Shown piece by piece: positions 39,900 through 52,930 of a stretch of 64,000 nt of DNA. Below the pieces are notes generated by a model. That model was not told where the DNA came from. It searched no databases and was given only the letters and a program-made list of their open reading frames with translations. Both the position numbers and the translations under genes were made by a program. The first letter of the stretch is position 1. Each line of letters opens with the position of its first letter. The stretch is from Phoronis australis (taxonomy: Eukaryota > Animalia > Phoronida): the NCBI GenBank assembly GCA_002633005.1, contig NMRA01000052.1, positions 795,235-859,234 of the forward strand, given 5' to 3'.

Positions 39900-42800
39900 A
39901 TGGCTGACTTTGCCAAGCCACCAGTCATCGTCAAAGACAGGGAGCCAACTGTTCGTGACAGTTCAGTGGGGGACGATGCCGTACGGGCTACAAACGATGA
40001 TGCATCTTCATGCAAGCGGTGGGCTGTTCAAAAGGTAAATAGTCCCACGTGTCAGGGATCGAAGCTCAGCATAATGTCAACTCGCTGTATGCAACCTGGC
40101 AAAATTATCTGGTGGGAACTGATGTCTCAAAAATAAGAAAACCCCACGGGGGTTACGAAAGTCCTGGCCCCTACAAATGACACCTAGTTGGCAACAGCTG
40201 AAAATGAAATAAACGAGATACCTGAATTGTCAAACTTAACAAATGTCTGCCGGTAAAGCTGGGCTCTTTTCGTCAAGAATGCCTCTTGTGCTTGATAACG
40301 ACAAATTCTCTCTCCTGCTCATCATCCTGTGTAGGCTCACCTCTTAAGGCAGAAGCAGATAATCGTCATGTACATGACTCATAAACAGATTGTTTGGATT
40401 TTTGCCAAGCCACTCCGACTCCGTTAACTTCCTGTAGTAATTTGAGTGAGTGCCCAGATGTGGTTGTGACAACTTTTAGTTTGTACCATAATGCTTGTGT
40501 TTCTTATTTTCAGGGTTACTGGAATGATCCTTATTTGAAATATTTTGTGCGTAGTTCGTCGAGAAAAGCACCTGAAATCAGCCGAGGCTACTACTGTCGA
40601 ACACAGGCTGTGCAACTCCTGGTGAGAGCGTTCATTCAGGTATGTCGCTTTTATTCGCCTGGTCTGTCTGTGATTTGGGGTCCTTAAACTCATGAGGGCT
40701 CCAATATTGGTGAAATTGTGTGCCAAAACCGCTTGGCATGTCCACAACGTCCCATGAGATGTCATTTTGAAATAGCATTCTCAGGTTAGAAAGAGTGGGG
40801 TAATCAACAAACTATAAGCCATCCACGTGTTTACTTTTCATAAGAATATCGAATATGGCATTGTTCGAGCACTGCTCATCACTGAAAAGGTTTTCTAGCC
40901 ACAGCTATGTAATAAGTTGATTGCTATCTTGCCAGCAAATCACTGTATTGTAAATTACTAAAACTGAGCTGCATAACAACAATAATGATGCCCTTTTTAA
41001 ACTCTATTTCAAAATTCATATTGAGTAATGCTTCAAACGAGCCAAATTAAACAAGTTAGTAAGAGTTTAGGGAAGTATTATCAGCTGATGAAGCTGGTGT
41101 TCAAACTCTTAACTAGCTCACATTCTATTTTATTTATCCATGTATTGGTACACGTAATCGTATTGAAAATACACTGGAGCTCTTTGAATTATATTGACAT
41201 GTGATGAAGCTGGTGTTTGTCAATTATTGTCTTGCGTGTCCTGTCGCAACCTGTGATACAATGCTCAAAACACTAATTGAAGTAATGCCGTGTGGTCTTG
41301 ATTCAGGGGAGGGTTCGCATCACGGATCGCACACGGGAAATTGTTGATTTCACGATTCACGACTGCTGTTGTTCACTGATCACAACAGATATTCTGGTGG
41401 TCGCTGGTCAATTCTTCACCCCAGGTGCTGCCAGTTCTCTGACCGATTGCCACCAATGCCATATCTGCCCCGATCTCAACTTCTGTTCACGTTTCTCGGA
41501 TTTCCCAATTTTTTCTATCACATTCACGATTCAGTCCAATTTCACATTTCACTACAGAACCACCTTCACGATGATGTTGTTTGCATTGCTGCAATTTAGG
41601 TTATATATATATATATAAAGGTCTGATTTGCACGAGCAGTATGTACCCACAATTTTCTTTTTGCCACAGTGATGTTACTCTTGACATCAAAACGTTTTAC
41701 AGACAGGATAAAGTGCTAGTAAGACAACAAAACTGGTGAAATTACAGAAAACCAATGCTTTACAAAGTCAACTTTTGTATGCAGATCAACACGTTTATGC
41801 ACTTTTATGCGCCGCGAGAAAACCGCACTTGAAAATATGAGTCGCTAAGTTCTGAACTTTTTAAGTTCCCATGACCATTAACTGCGGCTTTCATGTATCA
41901 ACATCTTGCATCATTTCAGCTGACCAACCATGCTTGTCAAATTGTAAATTTTGGCGCTGGCTTTGACACAACGTTCTGGCTCCTGAAAGATGCTCACCTC
42001 ACACCGTCTAAGTTCATCGATGTGGATTTTGAAGCCATCACAGCAAGAAAGTGTCACCTCATTAAGAGTAGGAAGGAGCTTTTGGAAAAAATCACCACCG
42101 AAGGTGAGTTTTTCAAACATTTTATGGCCAGTAATAACTCACGCGAGTTTGTGTGAAGGAGTGCATGGCTATTTGACAAATGCGCATGTGCACACATGTC
42201 TATGCGAATGCATGTGCACACATAATGCATGTGCAAACATGTAATTTGAGACCAGACGTCAAATTTAACATTAACTGTTGTTACGTGACCATTGATACCT
42301 CTGTCCTCTGATTGGCTGAACTGCAGAATGGCAATATTACAGGTGTTAGTCTAATACTCTGCATGCAGCGCTATCTCTCATTTTAATGCGGCACTATTCA
42401 TTAGGCCAGTTCCACTTCTAGCTGTTAGGAGAATGGTGTCTTGTGTTGTCTTCTTTCTGCAAATTGTTGACATTAATCCGGGTCGTCTTGCAAACAGATG
42501 CACCACAGAAAACTTGTGATATGTCGTAGTATTGACCAACTTAGTGTGGAATATCATCTTTCATTCATGTTGTCCAGACATCAGGTATGGCTATTTGTGA
42601 TCAGATGCTGTAGAAACCATGAACTCTGACTACAAAGTGAGCAGACGATGTCAGTACATCAAAGCAAGTAAGAACAAGCTAATCTAACAAGAGACAAAAA
42701 ATCAGAGCTGGAAAGCTTCAATGGTCATGTAATGAAACAAATATAGACCGATCCCTTGGGTGGTAGATCATATGGCCTTTGGGAGAGCAATATTGCTCTC

Positions 42801-45800
42801 AGCCAATGTTGCTAGATCCCTTAATCCATGTGTCCTGAAATCATCATTAGGATCGGCCCTAACGTATCATCCTACACGGTTGCAAGATTAAACAGATATA
42901 ACTGAAATACGACACAAGAGTTGGGAGGCCATCATATTTATTTTCCCACAATGCCTATCTACCCACACGTCCGCCCTCTATTACTCAGCCAATATACTTC
43001 AGGTCCAATTAATATTCAAGGAAAACAAAAGACCCAAAGAAGACAATGATCCATCAAATGTTTCGTATTCGCTGAGTGTGAGTTTCTGGCTCTTATTTTT
43101 GTTGGCTGCGTGCATTGAGTTGAGAGTTAGTGCATTAGAATTTGTCAGAGCCTTTGAATTTATATGCCACCTGTTGTATGATTTCCTTGCTCTCATTGTT
43201 CTTACTAAACACTAACAAGGTTTTCAGTAAGCTTACTCCAAGCCAATGCATCAATTTGAGCTTGCGTTCATGTGATCACAAGTGACTTTTCCCATGAATA
43301 TTCACTTACTAAAATTTCACCAACTTAGGACAAAATATGGCCAACAATAGAAATTTATTTTTATGCGCCCATGGATTTATATGTGGACGCATTATGCTGT
43401 CATCTCCGTCTGTCCGTCCGTCCGTCATCAGCTGCTCTATCTCCAAAACGCCTTGACGTATGGTCATGAAATTCTGCACATGTGTTCCTTCCGTGGAGGG
43501 GACGGCATGAGCCAACTTTCGGGCGGATCCGACTACTGGTGTGCCCCCTAGTGGCAATTTTAGTTTTTTACGTTTACCTCTGTATCTTCAAATTCCTGAA
43601 GGAACTTTCATAGAATTTGGTATATAGGCACCTATTAGTGAGGTAAAGCCATACTCTAGTTTTCGGATGGATTCGACTTAGTTTGCGCCACCTGGTGGCC
43701 ATTTTTACTGTTTTCGAGTCTGTTTTTTTGTGTCCACCCCTCAATCAACCAAACCACTCAATGGATGATTGTGAAAATTGGAATGTATGTTCTTACTATA
43801 AAGTCGACAGCTGACAATGATTTTCCAACGACTTCGACTACTGTGGCGCCTCCTAGTGGCAGTTTTTTTTTGCGCCTATGGCTGTATCTCCTGAACCGTG
43901 TGCATGATCTTTACTAAATTTAGTAAGGGCATTTATATAATGTTAACAACAGAGGACAACAACTTTCGGACATATCTGACAACTGGTGTGCCACCTAGTG
44001 GCAATTTTATTATGAAATATAGCATGTTCCTATTTTTTGGATGGATTGTATGTTTTTGCGCCATCTAGTGGCCATTTTTATGATACAAATAAATAACCCT
44101 AAAAGCACACCATTTGCAATGCATTCGTTGGCGCATTTCAACGCTCCGCGTTGCTCTTGTTTCATTTTTTCATGAATGATCTGTAACACCAATTAAATAC
44201 TGTAGCACATAATTATCTATACGTTATTATTAAAGGTCTCTTATGTGTCTGTCTTCTGACAATAATTGTGGGTATTTACAACATTGCCTGAAGCTTTTGA
44301 AAAACAAAAACAATAGGAATTATTTTTTGTTGGAAAATGGTAAAAGTTTATCAAGCCCGTTTACAGCTTTCTGGTCCTAATCTGCTCAGAATATTGAGAC
44401 TGCGAACCTTTCTTGGTTTGTACCATTTTGTGAGTGTCAAGTCTAATTATTCACAGATGGTGAGATCAGCTTGAGCCCTTCTGAACTGCACTCGGACAAC
44501 TATCACATTGTAGCCGCTGACCTCCGCCGATTGGTCGAAGTGGAGACCAAGCTACGTAGCTGCCAGATTGATCAGCGTCTTCCCACTCTCTTCCTTGCTG
44601 AGTGCGTCCTCGTCTATATAGATACCAGCAGTTCGTTCCAGTTGCTCAAGTGGATTGCGCAGTCGTTTGATACAGCGTATTTCGTCAACTATGAACAGGT
44701 ACATCGACACTGTTCCCACTAACTGTGGAAGACCCAGAAAATGACCAGAGTAGTTTCCTCTCTCGAAAATCTCACGGAAACTGGAATATGGGTGAAAACT
44801 GGCGCGAAATACTGTGTGCAAGCCAAGTCAAGAATATATGATGAGTTGTGATATCTTGCGGAATTGGGATGGCTGATCCTCTAACCTAATATTCTATTGT
44901 TTTTAGTTTTTATGATCCGGTTAGTGGATTTGATTTATAAAAAAATTATAAAATAAGTGATTGCTGTAAAGCAATCTAGTCTTGGTGACTCACCCATGAA
45001 TCGCGTGGGATGTGAATGTTTAGAACCACGTAACGAAATGAAAATCAATGTAAGTCTAGTTGAAAGGATTCAATTCACTCCACAATTTAGAACCAAGTAT
45101 TTTTTCTGTTCAGGTGAACATGTGTGACAAGTTTGGTCAAGTTATGTTAGGTAACCTTCAGTCACGGAACTGCAGCTTGCATGGTGTCTCAGCATGTGAA
45201 TCCGTGGACACACAGAATGGCAGGTATGTAACCGGTTGGCGCCATAACTAGTGACACAGGGCTAGCTGCACCAAACAGTCCTAAATAGGGACCCAGCTGT
45301 ATTCCTCAGCTTTTCACTGCATTCGGGGACTGGTGAAAACACTGATTGTTCTTTCTAATGCTGTTTTATTCTCGTTACTGAGTAAATTTTTGTCGTTGTC
45401 ACGCACCTAGGGTAAACTTTTCATTGAATTCTCAACATTATTGAAAATAAGCAGGGATCTTATCACACAATGCCCCTAGTTTAAGGACTAAGTCCCATTT
45501 ATTTCATTGAAATGTAGTCTCAGTTTCTAGATATATTATTCAAGTGCCATTAATCAAAAATTAGCACACAATAAAGATAAAATGATAAAAAATGTAACAT
45601 TTATAAGTAATGAGCTGCCGGGTTTCCCCAAGTCCAGAAAACTCTTCTAACCTGCGTGAGGTGCATGTTGAGACCAATTTTGTATTGGCAAATGGTTCAA
45701 ATCAAAGGTTGTTTGTTCGACATGTGGCGGGTTAATTCAGCCTAATGTTTTGTGGGAAAATGGCTCATTGGAAAAATGAAAGTTGTATCCCTGAAAATTC

Positions 45801-47253
45801 ATGAAAAATGAACTCAAATTGGGAAGGAACGATGTCTAGACAAAGACAATATAGGGACATCAGCACTTAATAGACAGCATGATATGTTTTGGTCTCGAAT
45901 GCTCTTAATATTCTGGGTCATATTAGACCATAACTGATTGTTGAAAACTGTCAGTTAAATTTTGTCTCTGATTCCGCTCTGTGTGCCAGAGAATGTCTCC
46001 CTGTCATGGAGACATTCTTTGACAAAACTTGCTTACCTGAAATTCTGTGACAGTTGGAGAGTTCTGTTAAGCACGTATGGCAATCTGCTGAGCCATGGTA
46101 ATCTGTTGAGCCATGGTAATGTGTTGAGCAATGGTAATCTGCTGAGCCATGGTAATCTGCTTAGCCATGGTAATCTGCTGAGCCAAGTAGGCTGTTAGTG
46201 TCGTGTCAACAGTAACTATGCTGCATCAAGTTGTGATTCCTTTGCGCACTAATTGTAAAATTTACATAATTCATCGTTATTGCACTCAGACAAATATTCT
46301 GTCTGGCATGTTTCACAAAACCAATAAGCACCAAAAAAGGCTGTGACAACCGAGTCTTCTCGGTGACATTTTCAAAAATGTGTCTTGTTGTTCAACACGA
46401 ATCCAGTCTCTGTCTTGTGTTCATTTTAGGTTCACTGCTTCTGGTTGGGATGGTGTTGATTCACTGCTCATGACTGATGTCTACGCCAGATTACCACAAG
46501 CCGATGTACAAAGGTATCGCCAGTATATCTGTACTTGTTCCTGGGCCCGAAGTCCAACTTTTGCTGCATAGTAAATGTTCACATGTAGCCATTTCAAGTG
46601 TAGATACCAACTCTATACCAAGTGTCATGTTACTGTTGTAAAATTTTGGCTTAGAATAGTGACAATTGCTATGCCGGACTCTCATTTATTTGGGCCAGCT
46701 CATGGGTTCATTGAGGTTTATTTAAACCTAGGTGTTTCACATCAAGAAAGTTTTATTCAAATATTAGGTCAGCTTACATGGGACTGTTATCCCCAGTGTT
46801 GGGACTTGGACGGTTTAGATAATTCTAAACTGAAATTATTGAGGACAATATTCAAAGCTGTATTTCGCCCTGTTTAGTAGGCTAAATACAAAAATTGAAT
46901 TAGACTTTTTTACTCTCATTAAATTGATCTCATGCTTACCTTAAACTTGCTCGTTTGATTTGTGTTCCCGTTTTGTTTTATTTGATGCGGTTTTTTATTT
47001 CAGATTCAAGAACTTTGAGATTCTCGATGATTGAGAAATGTGTTTTCATTTCAGAATCGTGAAGTTTGAGATTCTCGATGATTGAGAAATGTTTTTTCAT
47101 TTCAGAATCGAGAAGCTGGAGTTTCTCGATGATCGAGAAATATTAAATCAACTGTTCCAGCATTACTGCCTGTCTATGGCATGGAAGGACCCTAAACATA
47201 TTGGACTCAATCGGCTCAATTTAGGAAGTTATCAAAGTGTTGATGACACGTAG
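39900..47253 (+). CDS. LCMT1: Leucine carboxyl methyltransferase 1 (PP2A methyltransferase), 7 coding exons, ~342 aa
   Basis: Exons 39900-40034, 40514-40639, 41920-42103, 44457-44698, 45114-45223, 46430-46513, 47106-47253 (1029 nt), all GT-AG and phase-consistent. Motifs DDAVRATNDDASSCKR, GYWNDPY, KAPEISRGYY, QIVNFGAGFDT, PTLFLAECVLVY, NYEQVNMCDKFGQVM, IEKLEFLDD...HYC. No Kelch extension, so not LCMT2. AATAAA at 47944 followed by a GT-rich tract. Confidence 0.95.
43357..44161 (+). mobile_element. Helentron-associated non-autonomous element (HINE/DINE-1-like) with internal ~150-bp repeats
   Basis: T-rich start; subterminal atgcgcc with a local inverted partner; (GTCY)n microsatellite near 43407-43426; internal repeats; 3' ggcgcat, then hairpin caacgc-tcc-gcgttg and ctcttgttt. 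This is the known DINE-1/HINE layout. Confidence 0.8.
46060..46185. repeat. 18-bp minisatellite (atggtaatctgctgagcc), ~6-7 copies
   Basis: Directly visible in an LCMT1 intron; explains the HGNLLS-repeat ORF. Confidence 0.9.
46990..47141 (+). repeat. 51-bp triplication spanning the LCMT1 last intron/exon junction
   Basis: atttcag acceptors end at 47003, 47054 and 47105, each followed by a variant of the exon start. Confidence 0.9.
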
Positions 47254-48887
47254 TGGCATTTGAACCATCATGAAAGTATGAAATGAACACTAGCTCCTTT
47301 CTGATATGTGGCGGTCAACTCTGACAATTTTGCTCGCAAATATTCCATGCTGTGACAGCAGTTGGGTTTTTAGCATCAAAAAAGACTTGAAGAAGGACCA
47401 GCAAGAGATGTGAAACAGGCAGGTGTTGTAAGCACTGGTCAACCTTGTCAAAATTGCGGACTTTTTTATCCTCTTCTTTACGTTAGAAATGCGCCTAGTA
47501 ATGTGGGATGGAACTTATCTTCCATTTTGATGTGGAGTCTTAAAATGCTTAGAGGCTGAGTTACTTGCTATGTAATTTGTGTTTTGGAGTGGAGAGTATG
47601 TTGGAAATGCTACTTTAAATTTAAAGTAAATTGTTCTCAGCTACGTTGTAGAAAAGAAACTTTTGTTGAAGCCAAATCTATGTATTTGTTGACGTATGCT
47701 TTAATTATATATACTTTCTATTTCAACATTGTCATTATAGTTACATAGTTTGCAGAAACATTTGATTTTAAGTACTTCAAGTGAGGTAGGGTATTCCTAT
47801 GGCAGACTCGGTGCAGGTGAAATTTTATTCTCCTTGAACTATCCGGTGGAGGTGTAATCTGTTGACTAATTTGTCACTTTTTATGGCCCAGTAAATTAAC
47901 CTATTCGTAAGACTACTGATACTTCCAAAACGTTCTCTTTGCCAATAAACGCAGGTTGTATTTGTTGTGGTGTTACTGACCTTTAAACCTTGCAGCAGTG
48001 ATTTCATCGCTTAGACAATCATTTAGACTCAGAAGAATTGAACGTGCAAGTTCATAGTGGGATGTAATTCTTAGAAATTCCATTAAATTGGACTGTTCAA
48101 CATGAAACATGAGAGTAAAATAGGTAGTTAAGAATCTTGCTTTGAAATATTCCCACAGCAACGAAATTTGGTGAGCTTGTTAAATGTTTTGTCTCCTCAA
48201 AATGGTTTAAAGAGTTCCCGTCATGCATATTTTTAGTTTTTTAGGTTTCAGTTAGCTAATATGAAATGAATGTCATGAACTCAAACTAAATAAGCACTTT
48301 TTATGCCAAATAATTGCATTTTTTTAATTTTGAAGAAAAATTAGTTATTTCAAAGTTTCCTGCCAAATGATGTAAAGGGCGGAACACGTTTGGTGACTTG
48401 ACAATCAATTGGAATGGCGGAACGCAGCAGATAAGAATACAGGTCGATTTTGAGAGAGAACTGGATAACTATTATGCAGACAGAGAGGATAGTAGATAGG
48501 GGCATCAAACTCAAGTACTTGAGAATCAGGCAATTCGGAATTCGATTTCCCACTTAGTGAACTTTCGTTGGTTTTGAGGCTCTAGGAACTCGACCCATTT
48601 GTACTAGAAATGCTGTAGAGATATGTGAGCCACAACCAACTGAACCAAGGGGTGGTCAAAGTTTTCAAAATAGACACTTAATAAACATTGACAAAGCCTT
48701 TGTCAAAGGCCACAGTAAACCTGGGTCACTCTTATTCACTATTCATTGCCATGTTGAAATGAGCACAGTAGAAAGATGCACTCCGAAAAGACGCAATCAC
48801 AATTTCTAGGATTCACATTTCCTTAATTTTAAGCACCGATTTGTCTGTACAACAGACCACATTTACACTTCAATCCATCAGTCATGC

Positions 48888-50001
48888 CACAGGCGCTTGG
48901 GTTTATCGCAAATGACGTCACTCAATAATATATAAGAAAACATAAAGGTTGGACACTCGAAATCTGTTTGCTCAGAATTTTCTGCTCAAATGTGCATGGA
49001 ACTCCACGAAACTAGCATCGGACAACTCTTAGAATACCTTCTTTCATTTCATCTCTTCAAATTGCCTTCGAGTGGTGATTTGGCGACAAAAATGCCAAAA
49101 GAATGCCAAAATCAGAAATTCAAGGACCTGATTCCGTGATGTCATGGCAGACGGTCTTCGCACATCCGGGTTTTGACCGACGCTCCCGAGCTAAATCCGA
49201 AAGTCTAATTTCGCGCGGCTTTCGCCGTCAATCCATCGACTACTTGATCATGAGAAGCAGAGAGCACTTTATTGCCAAATAAATGTAATTACTCACATAT
49301 TTGTGTCAAATATAAATTATCCTGATACTGTATTGATATGCGAAGTTTTTTGTGTACTGTGATTTCTTATGAAGGTTTTATTTTTGGCCAAAACCATTGA
49401 GTTAACTCGTCGGCCACGCGCATTGTAATACTTGCACGGGCTGCGTTTCCTGGCCGAGTGTGTGTTGTGCTTCAATCAAAAAAGTGCGTGATGTCAAGAT
49501 GAGAAACAAGATACGCCAGTTTATGTGATAAAGTTCTAAGTTAAGGGCTAAAATGAGCCGCCAGTTGAATTAAGTTACAAATAAGCATTAAAATACTAAC
49601 TTTAACGTTCTCAATTAGTTGAGTTTTGGATTAGAATTATTGAATTTGAAATATAGGTTGCTTGCTCAAACTCGAAGTTTCACCTACGTCAGGCGTACAA
49701 GTTGAAGCACAACTGAAATCCGCCATGTTTACTATTTCAGGTCCTTGAATTCAGAGTTTTGAGATTGTTTTGGAAATTCCATCGCCACTTCACCACTCAC
49801 GAAGGCAGTTGATGGGATCTAGGAAATATAAGGCTTCGAATGTTTATGCAATACCAGGCTAAGGGAGGTGCACGCAGATTTTATTTGGATTTTGGACGGT
49901 TGAAATTGGGAGCCTCGGCTAAACAGATTTCGAGTGTCCAACCTTTATGTTTTCTTATATATATATTGTGACGTCATTTGCGATAAACCCAAGCGCTTGT
50001 G
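48888..50001. mobile_element. 1.1-kb non-autonomous DNA transposon with long TIRs and 8-bp TSD (P- or hAT-like)
   Basis: agtcatgc|cacaggcgcttgggtttatcgcaaatgacgtcac ... gtgacgtcatttgcgataaacccaagcgcttgtg|agtcatgc. Near-perfect IR for ~80 bp, imperfect to ~245 bp. Confidence 0.9.
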
Positions 50002-50159
50002 AGTCATGCCTGCTTGTTTGCCTAAAGCGCTGCCTGTTGAGAATTCGACTTGCCAATCAGAAACGCCGGTGTAAAAAATTCCCGAGGAAAATTAAGTGAT
50101 ACCAGCGAGTACGCTCGTGTCAAGCGCACACGCTATTTCCTAAATTTTTGCGACAACTT

Positions 50160-50582
50160 CGCAGCAGGAAGATTTCTTCTGAAATTCAGGTTTTCGGTAT
50201 CGAAATTCTAAATAGTTATAATGAAGTGAAACCAGTTCCAATAATTTGTTGTGACGTGTACGCAACGTCGCGAAAGAACAACAGATGATTGAAGAATCGG
50301 CGAAAAAAGAAACTGGCCAATATCGTGACGCAATATTTCATGGCGCCGAAAGCCGACGCAGAAGATCGCTCCACAACCTTAGCAGCAGAATAATGGTAGA
50401 ACGCCATTTTTTTTCAACAACGTTAAATATTTTAGTTTACTCTAGGAACCAGTTCCTAGGTTTAGTCAAGGAAGACTGTAGTGTTTAATGACAATAAATT
50501 TGTGTCAGATTTTATCTTATCACTTTTTTACCCACATCTGTGCAAAGCTGTATATTTAGTAAACAGCTTTGTACCAAGGCTA
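50160..50582 (+). repeat. Interspersed repeat ending in a hairpin, copy B
   Basis: Colinear with 38241-38640 and with the same right end (taccaaggcta). Confidence 0.85.
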
Positions 50583-51057
50583 ACGAAATAGCAAGCCTAT
50601 TTTTTCAATAAAAGGTTAATATCTCAAACCTTATTTAGCGGTCTTCATTCTACCTCGTTTATCAAAAAACTGGGCTTTGTCTGTTAGCAAAGTATATATT
50701 GTGTGAAAGAAAAAAGATCAGGGAATACAAAAATATATTTTATATTTAAGTGCAGAAACAGATCTTGGAAAAATCGCGAGATCAAATACCCAAGCGATGC
50801 AGGACGGTGATCGGGGCTCCAGTGAAATACACGACAGGAGTAAATCTGACGACATTTTAGTGATAATGGTCCCTGTGATAATAAATGCCCGATTTCAATG
50901 ATTGTCAAATTCAGTCGCAGCACGTGAAAATGTCTAAAAACTTTTTTGTTCATTTGCTTAATGAGTGATCACTGGTAAGCGGTTAATACTTGATAACTAT
51001 TTAGCTCAACCACTGGTTGATTTAGCAACAACTAAACGAACTTTCCAATGGTATACC

Positions 51058-51380
51058 ACAGTGGAGGATCTAGGATACCATAAGGGGGGCCCCAACATGT
51101 TGCCTCTGGGAATTGGGCAAAGCGCGTTAGTTTGTTTGTGCACGGTCGGTCCGAAAGTTGTGGGGGCCGAGGGTGTGGACTTTATGTTCTGTTCATCTCT
51201 GTTTCTGTCTGTGGACTAAAAAAAGTAAAAAAAGGAACACGATTCCTCCGCCGTCATCCGCTGCCGGTCCTAGTTACTGAACTCAATATTTCCTCACGCT
51301 CTTGCTGTTGCTCTTTTACTTTGCTTGCTGTAGCCAAAGGGGGGCGAGCCCCCTGCCCCCCCCCCCTAAATTGGCCTATG
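51058..51380. mobile_element. Degenerate MITE (cagtggaggatctagg...cccctaaattggcctatg)
   Basis: Termini and G/C runs resemble 22923-23082. Confidence 0.5.
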
Positions 51381-52097
51381 TACCGTAACACAATATCGTT
51401 TGTAAAAATAAGAAAATAATAGCTAAACATGGATTTTCAAACCCTTTGAGAAAGATCAAGTTTGAGTCTAATACTGGAATAAAAATTTTCATGCTTTTAT
51501 ACTTTGAGAAAGAAGCATGCATTGTTTCGCAGAGATTGGTGTTCGATACAGCACGGCGCGAGCTGCGTCGTGTAAAAATTTCAAGATACGACTTAACGAA
51601 AACACGTCTTCTACCTAGGTGGAAAAATTGTGAGATCTTGCGGCAGGTAATATTTCTTCAATTGGGCAAACTGCAGTTGCATTTAACGAAGTGGAATTCT
51701 GTCCACGTAACAAGGGTTAAAAGGTTCCTAACCATTATTCTTTCAGTTATTCAGATTATTGATTAAGTCATTCGGGAACATTTTTCGAGGGAAAGTTCCT
51801 TACATATGGGCAGAGCGTGAGCATTATAACTGGAATTTGATATATTCCGAAGAAAATAAATCCGAAACTAAAAGAGGCGATCCAGATCATCTAAAGAATA
51901 CACTTGTTTGTTGAAAAGTAGAATAAATATACGTCAATAAAACAACAAAAATGGATCACTGAAATTTTCGAATATAATAACATCCTTCGTCAACAGAAAC
52001 AGAAATAAAGTAAAATCAAACACTATATGACAATTGACATCTGATATATGGCGTAATGAGCATGATTCATTGTTGCGGAAAAAGGTAAAGGATGTAA

Positions 52098-52930
52098 TTA
52101 AAAAGTCTTTATGTTCAATCCATTAGATTCAAGTGTGTTGAGCTTATTTATCCAAAACTGTTCTCTTTTGAGTTTGAGGTATTGGAGTTTGTCTATTATT
52201 TGAACAGAAATATCTTGTAGATTATGTTTTTTGGAATTGAAATGATTACCTATAGTATCAGAAATGTTTTTATGTATTATGTTAAATCTATGGTTGCGAA
52301 TCCGAGTTTGAAGATTATGTTGAGTTTATCCTACATATTGAATGGGACATTTTCTACATGTTATTAGATAAATGATATTGTTGGTAGTGCAGTCAGAATA
52401 ATGTTTTATTTCGAAGTGTTCATTGGTTTGAAGACTGGAAGGAAGTATTAGTGTTGATAAAGTTACACATTTTACATCTAGATTTGTTACTATGTGTTGC
52501 CAATGGTTTATTAGTTTTGGTTTTTATAGTCCAAATTTGCTCTAAATAATTTTTTAAGCTTTTACATTATGTCCAAGAAATTAGAGGTGGATGAGGAAAT
52601 AGGTTTTTCATTTGAGGGAAAATATGCAGAGTGGAAAGATGCTTTCTGAAGACGTGGCTAATTCCGTTTAAACATGTACTGAACATGGTTATGAAAGATA
52701 TTCTATTAATAGTATTATTTTTCGCATTTGTTCTTAAAGATTCATTTCTTGTGATTGAGCGGACTTTGTCAAACTGTTTGTATATAAGACATAAAGGGAA
52801 ATGGCGTTGAAGTAAGTAATGTTTGAGTTCTTTTAAACGGTTATTATAGGCAGTTTCTTCTGAACAAATGCGACGAATTCTAAGTGCAAGACTATATGGA
52901 AGGCTTTTCTTACAGGGGTGACATGAGTCA
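52098..52930 (-). mobile_element. Penelope-like retroelement, 3' part (thumb/linker/GIY-YIG), degenerate
   Basis: Minus-strand DSCHPCKKSLPYSLALRIRRICSEETAYNNRLKELKHYLLQRHFP ... LQTRIRNHR ... WINKLNTLESNGLNIKTF*; typical PLE C-terminus, with frameshifts. Confidence 0.85.

Noticed and set aside
45962-46198. ORF with HGNLLS repeats; CRISPR-like periodicity
   Set aside because: An 18-bp intronic minisatellite with no unique spacers, in a eukaryotic context.
47031-47084. In-frame TGA codons in the LCMT1 duplicated units as selenocysteine or readthrough
   Set aside because: Simply explained by CGA>TGA CpG decay; no SECIS could be identified by eye.
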